Origin: a virus
DNA: 64,000 bases
Virus record (IMG/VR): IMGVR_UViG_3300030002_000003
Location: 1 to 64,000 of that record
Direction: 5' to 3' (one strand)
Shown here: one piece after another, positions 49,101 to 58,241 of the stretch
Position numbering within the stretch: the stretch's first letter is position 1
How the letters are laid out: each line of letters begins with the position of its first letter
Position numbers and translations under genes: made by a program
The notes under the pieces: model-generated
What the model was told of the DNA's origin: nothing
Database searches by the model: none
What the model saw: only the letters and a program-made list of their open reading frames with translations

Positions 49101-52100
49101 GAATTAAGCAGAAGCGGTTATGTTGCTAAATTAGTAGCATTAAATAATAAGATAAATAAGTTAAGTCCTGTAAAATCATTCACTCAGTTCTATGAAAAAA
49201 ACAAGGATGGAAAGTTTACTGGATATATAACTCACTTTCTTAAATATGGAGAGTTTAATGCTAATTACGAAGCTAAAATAGAGGAACTTGCTAAAAAGTA
49301 TAATCTTCCTGGAAAGATGGATAGGCCTACTAATGATGCAGAATATATAGCCTACAATAAAGAGCTTAATAAGTTCTTAAATGAACATGTAGCTAGAAAG
49401 TTTGTTCCCGAATATTACGACGCTAGAGCTAAGTTATCTATAGATACAAATGAATCATTAGATCAAGTAAATAATGCTATAAGTAGAATATCTAGAGATT
49501 ATTTGGATGCTGATGGACACTTAGATACTTCTAGGATGTCAAAATCTGAAAAGTATGCTCTGTGGGACGCTAGAAAGACTAAGGAATATTTATCCAGCGA
49601 TAGATACGCTAATGGAGATATAAAACTAGAATCTGACCTTAAGATAGCAAACGAAATAAAAGCTTTCAATGAATCTATAAGCGGTAACCTAAAATACAAA
49701 GCAAATGTAGAAGCGTTCGAGAATGCCAAAAAGAATGTTAAATTGAATTTATCTCCTGAGAAGTACTTGCAGTGGATAGAGGATAATACAAAGGTTGAGT
49801 ATGATGAGAAATTCTATGAGCAATTGGCTAAAATAGAAAAGGCTGACCAAGCTCCTGAATGGCAAGACCTATATGATAAAAAACAGGCTATCTTAAAACG
49901 TTTTAAAAACAAAGATACAATGGGTATCAATGTTGATATGATGGAAGAGACTAGACAAGGTGGACGATCAGTTAGATCTATTATAGACGAGATAAATGAA
50001 ACCTTATCCAATAATAAGAATGAAAATGTAGCTACAGATGGAGTTAAATTCTCTAGCTTGGCCAGAATGATAACTACTAGGGAGTATAAGCAGAAATTAG
50101 CAGATATGTCTAGTATATCGCCAACTGATACAGCTGGATGGGCCGCAATGGAGCAATGGTATAAGGATAACCATACCCAAGATAGAATGGGTCACGAGGT
50201 TCCTAAATCATACTGGATGATGATAGAGCCGAAAGATACTACCCTTATTAAGAAAGGAGTTCCTAATTCAACCTGGACTGTTTTAGATGACGAGTCTAAA
50301 TTTGTCAATAAAGAGTATGATGATGATTTAGCTAAGAACGGAATGCAGCCATCTAAGAAGTTATACGACAATTCAAAAGTATATAACAAATTAGTTAGTG
50401 ATCCAACTAGAAAAGAGTTTCATGATACCTTAGTTTCTATGATGACTGAGGCTAATTCATTTTACTCTTATATAAATAGGCCAAACAACTTAAAGATGCC
50501 TCAAATAGCTGAGCATTCATTACTATCTGCGTTTAGACGTACTGATAGCGGAAAGAGTTTACTTGAGAGAATAAAATCTATTGGCCAACCTAGAGTTGAT
50601 GATATCCAGTTTGGTGAAAAACCGAAAGAATATAGACCCGATGGTAGTCCAATTAAATACATCCCTACTTCATATAGATCTACATTAGGGAATACAAACT
50701 CTATATCAAAGGATATGATTCACATGTATGCTATCTATTATCAAGAAGCCGCTAACTTTAAACACTTATCTGAAGCTTTGCCAGCAATAAAGATACTTCA
50801 GGCAGGTATGGATAATACTGTTATATCAAATAAGGAATCATTAGCTAATGCAGATAAGCTTGAAAGAGATAATGCTGGAGCTAGATGGAGAAGTCTATCT
50901 GATGACGTTAGATCTGCTATCGGCCTTAAAAAGAGTACTGATAGAGTAATGAAAAAAGCTGGGGAAACTCATCTATCATCTAGAGCTAAAGGAATTATAG
51001 AAAGAGAAGTGTATGGAGTAGAGTCTACTAAGATGATGGTAGGTATACCTCTAACTGGAATAAAATTTGATATAGGGAAACTAGTAAAAGGTGTATTTCT
51101 TCCTTGGTTTAGGGCTGTCAATTTAGGTTTTAATACTATGGCAATTGCAGCTAATTATACTCAATCGGAACATGCTTTAATGGTAGAATCTACTATTGGC
51201 TCTTTAATCAATAAAACAAATTTGCTTAGAGCTAATTGGGAAATAGGGAAAAGAATGCCATATCTATTGGCTACACTGACTTCAGATAGGCATACTGATA
51301 AGACTTCTACACTGATGAGATTCTTTCAAACTTCAAATTCGGAAGTTGAATCAGTAAAGGATATTAACGGAGTAAAAGCTTTAAGTTTTATTAAGGAGCA
51401 CTGGCTATATGGACCATACTCTGCTGGTGACTTCATGGTTAAATCTAAGATGTTAACTGCAATGCTAATGGGATACAAATACCATAATGGAGAATTTGTA
51501 AGCTTAGAATCATTTATCAATAAGAATTACCCTGGAAAGATTAATAGGAAGGAAGCTATTCAACTACACGATGCATTAAAAGTAAATTTATATGATGTTC
51601 TATCTTCAACAGATAAAGGAGAGTTAGTCATAAAGGATGAATACAAAGACGCTTTTAACTATAAGCTAATATCTTCCATTACGCTACAATCAATGGACAT
51701 GGGTAATAGATTAGATGGTATGCTTGCTCCTTCTGATAAGAATGCTATAAATGTTAACGCATTTGCAAGTGCTTTGATGATGCACCGTGGATGGTTAGTA
51801 AATGCATTCCAAGAAAGACTTGGAGGTCAGATGTATAGCTACAGAAAGGAAAGAATGGAAGTTGGCCAATACAGAACTGGATTTACAGATTCTGCTAAAA
51901 TTCTATTCGGCTATCTATCTGGAAGGTTTCAAAAAACTAATCAAATGATGAACGAAATGGGTCAAGCTGAATATGCAAATGCCGTTAGAACTACTGGTGA
52001 AATTGCATCAATGTTTATATTTGCAATGGCTACTGTTATTCTAGGAAATATGCATGACGAGGAACCTGACGATATGGCATTAGAATTAGCTTATACATTT

Positions 52101-52499
52101 ATGATGAGAGCTCTTTACGAACAAAATGCTATGTATTCTCCTGCTGACTTAAGCAGTATTTTACAAAGTCCTACAGCAGCTCAGAATCAATTAAATGAGA
52201 TGTCCGATATATACGGCATGTTAATAGATGGAGACTATATGAAACCGGTTAGAAGTGGTAAATATAAGGATATGCCTAAAATTGAAAAGTCAATAATAAA
52301 GCTTATTCCAGGGTATAAAGGATACTACGAGAATATAGAAAAAGCTGACTATAAAACTAAGCGTGACTATATGTTAAAAGCAGAAGGTCCAGCATATGGT
52401 ATAGTTAACAGAATAAATAAAATGACCCCATTGTTCGGAGCAAAGCCAGAGATTCCAGTTCAAACTCAGTCGTCGGTAAGTTCAAACTCCTCATACTAG
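46164..52499 (+). CDS. Large polyvalent virion cargo protein (ART-like, metallopeptidase, GNAT and long helical domain)
   Basis: AYHGT...F.S...G..FS...YG...DEIV (ART-like); HEIFGH at 47403; EYVGKGYG...A.RVWASL (GNAT); helical C-terminus with hydrophobic segments. Confidence 0.7.
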   Translation: MKHCINLKSPDFQALAKGSNMHPAVLAAKMGIWQDENNTSEWPTLDQLTSESSELVKDGVDFVFSQNPELLNIGSKQLYSQYVNNIFPESEVKYIAYHGTNSEFDKFSLEFEGSNEKGGRGKGLNFSKDLSDSDMYGDIKMPVVLNAVNRVQKDSEAKDIDLSYIDDVDEIVLYNPDQIHILGSKSDIDGFRNFIEENKQETDTIKFQRSNVEVLPLAGNEALYKDKNLVNDKGEIKFFDNYAAGKKAEASFNRSTDYQFILKPSQSRTKEGWRLFIVKPIVERDGQARIQFQSPNDAAESLNNAASAFAKSNTDAIINENAPRSFTTASKSLFNAIDRLRIKASKISGYQSKAIVYSIAKNISDRTGIEFSVISQEEAAAMHANWGGSPGMYDSANKKAYLVEGLFDASTAVHEIFGHPFLDSLKETDEGRQILSDLLSEAKLNSLVIESATSRYGEDVSDDEITLAALDLFIQEKVASNSGLYNAIKAYFKAFTDLIKGVIGKSSNDIVSIKPGTSIEAIGNWAWNGEGRLKLMDSYPDGIVPGIEAAIFPFNADNHDATDYGIGLNNELIGHILVSDDGRISSTIGQAGVELDKEYVGKGYGLSSYLAVAKELASSGKTLKSEGLGKSNINEAARRVWASLIKKGYAVDRGDYFEIVNLESEFRSMLNVADSIANTNTETEFNLMLDNGDVEGFVNSIALNEHNSELVKAWIFENDPATLWDLAHGMKSDLVGFNEHISKSSDILFQRPTVEARIEHAKDLAKQRESIMTGLQSRLSSLKRDKTATITEIEALDDLLLDINKLSNSSAVVRFLEYANNEGFDVNRRLDAMMGQSNKAEEIDAANVVSIGENFLSMFRTNLKKINELLVDEANFITNSMTPREIDDLNRLVNGTNNDFDKMAAKYDTIVKYVYRQELAKIANQVGDSSMQSVIDNAYESDQDVSVMSLFIGSPAKSRLVQIRALDRKILDAKNAANLELSRSGYVAKLVALNNKINKLSPVKSFTQFYEKNKDGKFTGYITHFLKYGEFNANYEAKIEELAKKYNLPGKMDRPTNDAEYIAYNKELNKFLNEHVARKFVPEYYDARAKLSIDTNESLDQVNNAISRISRDYLDADGHLDTSRMSKSEKYALWDARKTKEYLSSDRYANGDIKLESDLKIANEIKAFNESISGNLKYKANVEAFENAKKNVKLNLSPEKYLQWIEDNTKVEYDEKFYEQLAKIEKADQAPEWQDLYDKKQAILKRFKNKDTMGINVDMMEETRQGGRSVRSIIDEINETLSNNKNENVATDGVKFSSLARMITTREYKQKLADMSSISPTDTAGWAAMEQWYKDNHTQDRMGHEVPKSYWMMIEPKDTTLIKKGVPNSTWTVLDDESKFVNKEYDDDLAKNGMQPSKKLYDNSKVYNKLVSDPTRKEFHDTLVSMMTEANSFYSYINRPNNLKMPQIAEHSLLSAFRRTDSGKSLLERIKSIGQPRVDDIQFGEKPKEYRPDGSPIKYIPTSYRSTLGNTNSISKDMIHMYAIYYQEAANFKHLSEALPAIKILQAGMDNTVISNKESLANADKLERDNAGARWRSLSDDVRSAIGLKKSTDRVMKKAGETHLSSRAKGIIEREVYGVESTKMMVGIPLTGIKFDIGKLVKGVFLPWFRAVNLGFNTMAIAANYTQSEHALMVESTIGSLINKTNLLRANWEIGKRMPYLLATLTSDRHTDKTSTLMRFFQTSNSEVESVKDINGVKALSFIKEHWLYGPYSAGDFMVKSKMLTAMLMGYKYHNGEFVSLESFINKNYPGKINRKEAIQLHDALKVNLYDVLSSTDKGELVIKDEYKDAFNYKLISSITLQSMDMGNRLDGMLAPSDKNAINVNAFASALMMHRGWLVNAFQERLGGQMYSYRKERMEVGQYRTGFTDSAKILFGYLSGRFQKTNQMMNEMGQAEYANAVRTTGEIASMFIFAMATVILGNMHDEEPDDMALELAYTFMMRALYEQNAMYSPADLSSILQSPTAAQNQLNEMSDIYGMLIDGDYMKPVRSGKYKDMPKIEKSIIKLIPGYKGYYENIEKADYKTKRDYMLKAEGPAYGIVNRINKMTPLFGAKPEIPVQTQSSVSSNSSY

Positions 52500-52562
52500 A
52501 AACCGTCGCTATATGTGAAAGTAAACTAGTCAAGCAAAGAAAAAAATCATAGAAAGCGTACC

Positions 52563-53126
52563 CTATTCAGCATCTGTCTGAGTAGGGTATTTTTCTAGGT
52601 ACTCTTTTGCTATTGTTACTCCGTGTGACTCTATATAGTCCTTTTCGTCGATAATGTCATTTGATATATCTAGTATTCTGTTATCGTTTGAATGTATATT
52701 CATTGATAAGTATCCATTTGACTGTGCTGACCAAAAACTTGTCATTTTTGACTTTAGCTTTCCATCAATCTTATTACATCTTCCTTGTTTTATCAATTCG
52801 AATGATTTTCTGTATTCTATAGGTACTTTTAATGCATATATTGTATAGAACTTATTTTTAATTCTATAATTATACATAGAGGTAAAATTATCATTTTTTT
52901 CTATAAATGATAAATCAAACTCTTTTCTAATTCCTGAATCAAATACTAAAAATATATGCTCATCTAGCCATGGTTTATTTATATCACTTGAGAATCCATT
53001 TATAAATGAAGTCTCTTGTTTTGTAAAATTTCCTGGTCCTAGATATGATTGCCATTTCTCACTTTCTTTTGAAACTAGCGGCAGTAAAAATAGTAAAGAG
53101 TTATTTATTCTTTCACGTGTTATCAT
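52563..53126 (-). CDS. Hypothetical protein
   Basis: Likely start ATG at 53126 (MITRERINN...), overlapping the nuclease stop; 'FLLPL' and 'DINKPWLDEHIFLVF' motifs. Confidence 0.65.
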   Translation of the reverse strand: MITRERINNSLLFLLPLVSKESEKWQSYLGPGNFTKQETSFINGFSSDINKPWLDEHIFLVFDSGIRKEFDLSFIEKNDNFTSMYNYRIKNKFYTIYALKVPIEYRKSFELIKQGRCNKIDGKLKSKMTSFWSAQSNGYLSMNIHSNDNRILDISNDIIDEKDYIESHGVTIAKEYLEKYPTQTDAE

Positions 53127-54114
53127 AAAGTAATAGCTCTGCGCCATCACCTTCATAATACTCTTTACTGTAATCCCATAAATTATTGCTAAAATGCCAA
53201 TCCATTTGTGTTATTATTTGAGTTAGTTTGTCTATGTTTGTTATAATTGTGTCGTCATCTATTTCAAATACCTTGCATGTTGCTCCATCATTTTGTATTG
53301 CTACAATATATGTTGAGTGTTTATATTCCTCGATATCTAATTTAAGTTCATTTTTAAAATACCAATATATTGCCATCCAGTAATAGGCCATTTGAGTACC
53401 ATAACTATACTCTTTAAAAGAGTCTTTGAATTTACTAACACTTACTGTAGTTTTTAAATCTATTAGTGTTACCTTCTTTGAGTCATGATCAATTATCAAT
53501 CTATCTATTAATGATTTGCATGGTATTATAGAACCCTTTCTGACTTCTATTTCCCAATTTATATGAAATTCGTTATGAGTTATTACTCCTGGCGAATTGT
53601 CATTTTTGAAAAGTAATTCATTTGCTTTCTTGTGCAATTGAAGTTTCTCTTTTGTTAGTTTTAAGGCCGATAATTTAGCCCATGATATTGTCTCTTCCTC
53701 TGCGTTGCTTGACTTTAGCCATTTAATATAAGGCTTAAGTTTTAAGGCCATTTCTAGCGCTTTTGCGGCAGTTTCATCTTCGTTCTTACTAGTTGTTACA
53801 TAATTAGCTTTAAGTGCCTCTGTGGCCTTTAAAATGACCGTAGTGGCCTTGCTATTGACATAATCTTCACAGAACTTCTTCTGTTGTGCAGAAGTTGGTA
53901 TTGAGAAGTCTAGTATTTTGTATTTCTTCTTAAATTCAGCATGTTGTAATAGATACATATGAACCATTGTTCCATTCTTCATGGCTACTGATGGCTTGTC
54001 TGGTATCTTTCCGTCCATAATATCTTTTGCAAATCTTGGCGATTCTTCAAACGCTTTGATTAAACTATGATTTACTCTGGATCTGTCTGAATAATACTCT
54101 ATGTCGATTTTCAT
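53113..54114 (-). CDS. PD-(D/E)XK exonuclease (RecE/Exo VIII, DUF3799-like)
   Basis: YY.D...NHS.IK, GT.VH..LL, HNE, CKSLIDRL...LIDLKTT and Y..QMAYY. Confidence 0.8.
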   Translation of the reverse strand: MKIDIEYYSDRSRVNHSLIKAFEESPRFAKDIMDGKIPDKPSVAMKNGTMVHMYLLQHAEFKKKYKILDFSIPTSAQQKKFCEDYVNSKATTVILKATEALKANYVTTSKNEDETAAKALEMALKLKPYIKWLKSSNAEEETISWAKLSALKLTKEKLQLHKKANELLFKNDNSPGVITHNEFHINWEIEVRKGSIIPCKSLIDRLIIDHDSKKVTLIDLKTTVSVSKFKDSFKEYSYGTQMAYYWMAIYWYFKNELKLDIEEYKHSTYIVAIQNDGATCKVFEIDDDTIITNIDKLTQIITQMDWHFSNNLWDYSKEYYEGDGAELLLYDNT

Positions 54115-54133
54115 CTATTTTGCATTAAATATG

Positions 54134-54184
54134 AAAAAAAATAGCCAATTCATTGCCTCACGGTTTTGAATTGGCTATTTTTAT
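54134..54184. terminator. Bidirectional intrinsic terminator
   Basis: AAAAATAGCCAATTCA/TGAATTGGCTATTTTT inverted repeat with A- and T-tracts on both sides. Confidence 0.8.
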
Positions 54185-54199
54185 TTTGAATAAATTATT

Positions 54200-54415
54200 A
54201 ACTAATGGTGCTTTTACTCTCATACCTTGTTGCTTTCGATCCAACATGGATTTTCTAGCTCAATATTACCCTCGAACCTCTATATAGCTTCTTTGCTCAG
54301 CTTGTTTCCTTACTCACTTTCGAGATTAATTTAATCTCTATTGTTTTCTCTACTTTGCGGTAGCACTCTCCCTAATAATTTACTCGAGCTACCCTTAAAT
54401 CATTCCTCGCTCAAG
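54200..54415 (-). ncRNA. Candidate structured non-coding RNA
   Basis: No credible ORF; several GNRA-containing hairpins and a long-range helix (54256-54261 with 54386-54391); followed by the terminator. Confidence 0.4.
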
Positions 54416-54426
54416 AAATAATATTT

Positions 54427-55635
54427 TTATTTTTTAAAGTACGATCCTAATTCATCGCTCCATTCAGAATCTATTTCGTATATCCATACGTCATTTATCC
54501 TGTCATAAGCGAAAACTATTCCTGCATCTTCTATTAAACAGTTTTTGTATACCCCTGCGTCTTCTATGTATGCGTTATGTTGTTTTGCTGAGCAATAGAA
54601 CATTCCATCATACGTTGCAAAAATCAGTGTATCTTTTTCTCCACATATTGGACACTCTTCATCATCAAGAAATACTACATCTCCTCCAATTGGTTTAAAC
54701 ATTCTTGAATTTCCTATTTCTATTAATTTCGTTAAGTTTGTTTCTGCCATCTCAACTATTAGATTTGCTGCATCCATTGAGAAGAAGTTTCTTGTAATTG
54801 AATTAGTAAATGCTTTTTTAGCTTTCTTGGCTGTCGACCTTACTGTGTATGTAGGAACGACATGTTCATGTGCAAACTTAGTATTTCCATGAGTCGTAAA
54901 CATTTCTGACACGAATCTATAACATTTATCTAAGTCTTCCATGTCAATGGTTTCTGTGGAAGTATGAGGATTCCAATATCCTGCCGACATATTACATGCC
55001 GAAACCGGAAGGCCTCTTCTTTTTAACGTACCAACATCAGTAGACGTTCCTATCGCTTTTGAATATCCATATTTCAATCCTATTTCTAGCATTGTGTCTG
55101 TAAATTCTTGGCTTGCTACTGATATTCCATTTGTATGTGTGATAAAATCAGAGTTTCCCTTTCTGTCGCATTGCACGACAAAATTACAATCATTGAAAAA
55201 TGAAATATTTGAGGCATTTGATCCCTTACATCCACTTTCCTCAAATCTGAAAAATACTGATTTTACGTTATCAAAATCCTGTAATGCTTTTATACATGTA
55301 TAGATTCCTGATCGATCGTCCCCACCAATACCCGTTTGAACTACTTTAGCTCCCACATATTCATTTGAAGCCATTGCAAACAATGTATTTCCATGAACAT
55401 ATACCTTTCTATTCTTTTTAATCGAATGAACTGTATCTGTGTGAGCTACTATGCATTTGAAGCCATTTTCTCCTTTTCCTTTTGTTGCGTATATGTTTCC
55501 ATATGCATCTTTCTGGATTAGGATATTTTTATCTATAGAAGTTATTATGTTAATAATAAATTCATTGATTTCTTCGTCTGCATCGAAAGATGATTGCACT
55601 GAGACTAATTTTACTAATAATTTTGAATCTATCAT
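54427..55635 (-). CDS. M28/M20-family metallopeptidase with C-terminal zinc ribbon
   Basis: Co-catalytic metal motifs AHTDTV, GGDDRSG, EESG, QCDR and HT; CPICG...YC...H near the C-terminus. Confidence 0.85.
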   Translation of the reverse strand: MIDSKLLVKLVSVQSSFDADEEINEFIINIITSIDKNILIQKDAYGNIYATKGKGENGFKCIVAHTDTVHSIKKNRKVYVHGNTLFAMASNEYVGAKVVQTGIGGDDRSGIYTCIKALQDFDNVKSVFFRFEESGCKGSNASNISFFNDCNFVVQCDRKGNSDFITHTNGISVASQEFTDTMLEIGLKYGYSKAIGTSTDVGTLKRRGLPVSACNMSAGYWNPHTSTETIDMEDLDKCYRFVSEMFTTHGNTKFAHEHVVPTYTVRSTAKKAKKAFTNSITRNFFSMDAANLIVEMAETNLTKLIEIGNSRMFKPIGGDVVFLDDEECPICGEKDTLIFATYDGMFYCSAKQHNAYIEDAGVYKNCLIEDAGIVFAYDRINDVWIYEIDSEWSDELGSYFKK

Positions 55636-58241
55636 GCTATCATTTTTAATAATCTTTCGTATTCTTGTTCGGCCTTTGTGTTTGAAATGTCAATACAGTT
55701 AACTGGAATATTTAATGGCCAAGCTTTCAATTCTCCATAATTGGCGAATCTTTGGGTTGACATAAATTTCATTCTTTTTATTTCTCCATCAACTTCTACT
55801 GCTTTTATTTTTCCGTATCCAAATTCTCCACTCCAATTTCTTGACGCGTCTGAAATTGATAAAGATTGATCTAAATTAATTGGATTGTCTTTTAAGCTTT
55901 CTGAGCTTTTCATCAATTTTGTTAATTCTTTTACAAATTCCTTCTTCTCTTCTAATATTTTATAATTAGAACTGTCGCATTTTAGGATTGCCACATGTTT
56001 TAAACACTCTTTTGTTATTTCCAATTGAGAGTCTGTTGGATTTGCTGGTATCGCCAATGTTATTGGTTCTACATTGATCATTTTTATTGTTTTTGGATCG
56101 AAATATAAATTTTCTGTATCTTTTAGTGAATAATAATTACCAAATTCTACAAAATCGTTTTCCTCTCTTGCATTTTTAAATAAGAACGAGTTTCCTTGTT
56201 CTATCTTTTTTTCTTTTTGCAATGGAACTGCTTTTATATCTACTTTTAATCCTTCGTAGTATTTCGATTGCCTTTTTGTTGTTGCATCTATAATTATTGT
56301 GCATGCTCCCGCTCCCTGGAAATGACTATTTTTTCGTTCTATCTTAGTAGTGGCCTCTGGTTTAAAATGTCTTATATTTGAACACGTTAATATATTTGCT
56401 ATATAAGTTTTTTGTGCCTGATTATCTCCTAATGTATAAACATTCCCTTGGTTTTCTGCTAGAATTTCTCCATCTGAAGCTATTGTTATATGATTTGCAC
56501 ATATATAATTTTCCCCAAACTTAAAAGCGCTATCTTTTATTATTTTTCTGCATACTTGGCATATCTCTTCATCTCCTTTTGTTAGGTCTTTTTTAATTAC
56601 GAGTGGTATTCTATTGAAGCTTTTTGATGTATAATAAAGAACATCTTTCTTCATTATAGTTTCCATTGTTTTTGAATCCTCTGGGCGACCAATAAATAAT
56701 TTGTTGTTTTTTACATATAAGCTTGTGCTCATTGTATCAAAATATGGCGGATTTTGGTTTGTAGATTTTACTCCATTGAATTCAATTAGAAAATTAGATA
56801 ATAACTTCCCTGATTTCATTATAGATTTAGATACTCCTGACGAGTTTATAAAGAAGAAATTTTCGTTCTCGTTTACAAACGTAATCATTTTCTCTGCTGA
56901 TGCATCACAATTCGTGAACATTCTATCTACGTAGTGTTTTTCGGTTGATTTTTCATACCATACTACAGCTCTTCCCATTAGATATTTACCATCTCCTGTT
57001 GTTAGTGCTAGCATTTTTATGAAGTGATCGTTTTCTGCATAGAACTTAATTCTGTTCTTTACAGAAGCCCCTCTCATACATGAGTTGAATAATGTTCCTT
57101 CTTTCTCTCCTGATTTCGCGTACTGTAGTTCTGGATTATCTAACGCAGCCGTTCCTTTGTAGGAAGATACATTATATAATGCCACGATCTCATCACCTGA
57201 TACCAGTTTAACTGAAGCTTTTGATTTTGAATTTACTCTGTCTTCCTCTATTCTTATCAACGCTGATAAGTCTTCGAAGAATTTATTTGTTTCCGAAAAG
57301 TCTTTAACCACTTTCTCAATTTCTGAATCAGATAATTGTGCAATTTCTGACTTTATTCGCGTATTTCTTATTGAAACGAATCCACTTACTGGATTAACTG
57401 ATTCTATTTTTTCAATCTTTGTGTTTAACTCTACTGAAATTCTATCTCTATCAACCATATCAAATGTTTTAGATATAGATTGGTTTAACGATACTTCGTA
57501 TAAATCAAAAGCTGACGATATTATGATTGCTTCGTTTAAGATTGATTTTTCAGTTTTTGGAGTGTAAAATGGATGTGCCGTTCTTAGGACATTTTCCATG
57601 TTCTTCGCACTTTGCCAAAATTTATATCCTTTTCCGCTTGTGTCTTTTGTGAACAATTTTTGTAATGCCTCTCCCATATAATAGAAGGAGTATAGGAACG
57701 TATCTCTGTCGAAATCTTTTTGTTCATCTACAGATTCTAATGCACTCATTATCGTTCCTGATCTGTCAACGCATCCAGCAATTACTGCTAGTTTTCGTTT
57801 TGCTATATTTTTCTCCATTTGAGATCTATTTAGCGCAGTAAAAACCAATTTTCCTGCATCTTCTGAGTATTCACTTTTGAAGAAATTGAAGTTTCCTTCT
57901 TTTACGTATTCCGCCTTTACTCTCGTATTGGCTATGACGCGTTTCTTTAATTTGCAATTTTCTGCCTTTCCTACTAGGGCGCTGATTGATTTAGATTTTA
58001 CGATTTCAATTGATTTGCTTTCGCTGTCTTTTGTTTTATAAAATCTATCCAAATCTTCATTTCCTATAGTTCCGACACTTATTAATTTCTCAATTAGGTC
58101 GAAATATCTCGCAAGTATTGGGCTAGCTGCTCTGGCTTTGTTGAATATATTCCATGTCCATACATCTTTTTCTTCAAAGATTCTGTAATTGAATTCATTC
58201 TGAGCTTTTTTGTCTATCTGTCTTTGATCTTCTGTGATCAT
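55632..58241 (-). CDS. Large uncharacterised phage protein with SCM / GRA..W / DR motifs and zinc finger
   Basis: NSCMRG...FYAEN...MGRAVVW...YVDRMF...PPYFDT; CQVC...CANH; ATGA-coupled to both neighbours. Confidence 0.7.
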   Translation of the reverse strand: MITEDQRQIDKKAQNEFNYRIFEEKDVWTWNIFNKARAASPILARYFDLIEKLISVGTIGNEDLDRFYKTKDSESKSIEIVKSKSISALVGKAENCKLKKRVIANTRVKAEYVKEGNFNFFKSEYSEDAGKLVFTALNRSQMEKNIAKRKLAVIAGCVDRSGTIMSALESVDEQKDFDRDTFLYSFYYMGEALQKLFTKDTSGKGYKFWQSAKNMENVLRTAHPFYTPKTEKSILNEAIIISSAFDLYEVSLNQSISKTFDMVDRDRISVELNTKIEKIESVNPVSGFVSIRNTRIKSEIAQLSDSEIEKVVKDFSETNKFFEDLSALIRIEEDRVNSKSKASVKLVSGDEIVALYNVSSYKGTAALDNPELQYAKSGEKEGTLFNSCMRGASVKNRIKFYAENDHFIKMLALTTGDGKYLMGRAVVWYEKSTEKHYVDRMFTNCDASAEKMITFVNENENFFFINSSGVSKSIMKSGKLLSNFLIEFNGVKSTNQNPPYFDTMSTSLYVKNNKLFIGRPEDSKTMETIMKKDVLYYTSKSFNRIPLVIKKDLTKGDEEICQVCRKIIKDSAFKFGENYICANHITIASDGEILAENQGNVYTLGDNQAQKTYIANILTCSNIRHFKPEATTKIERKNSHFQGAGACTIIIDATTKRQSKYYEGLKVDIKAVPLQKEKKIEQGNSFLFKNAREENDFVEFGNYYSLKDTENLYFDPKTIKMINVEPITLAIPANPTDSQLEITKECLKHVAILKCDSSNYKILEEKKEFVKELTKLMKSSESLKDNPINLDQSLSISDASRNWSGEFGYGKIKAVEVDGEIKRMKFMSTQRFANYGELKAWPLNIPVNCIDISNTKAEQEYERLLKMIA

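Noticed and set aside
750-51520. Numerous short minus-strand ORFs in the track opposite the structural genes (and + strand ORFs opposite the replication genes)
   Set aside because: They are antisense shadows of long genes with S/L/F/I-rich composition and no motifs.
52500-52562. Terminator at the convergence of late and replication blocks
   Set aside because: No convincing stem-loop; only an A-tract.
54200-54415. RNase P RNA, group I intron or small ORF
   Set aside because: Only loose word matches (GAGGAA, GAGAGTGC, GAGCAA); no convincing RNase P P4 helix or intron core, no interrupted gene, and the ORFs noticed are under 30 codons.
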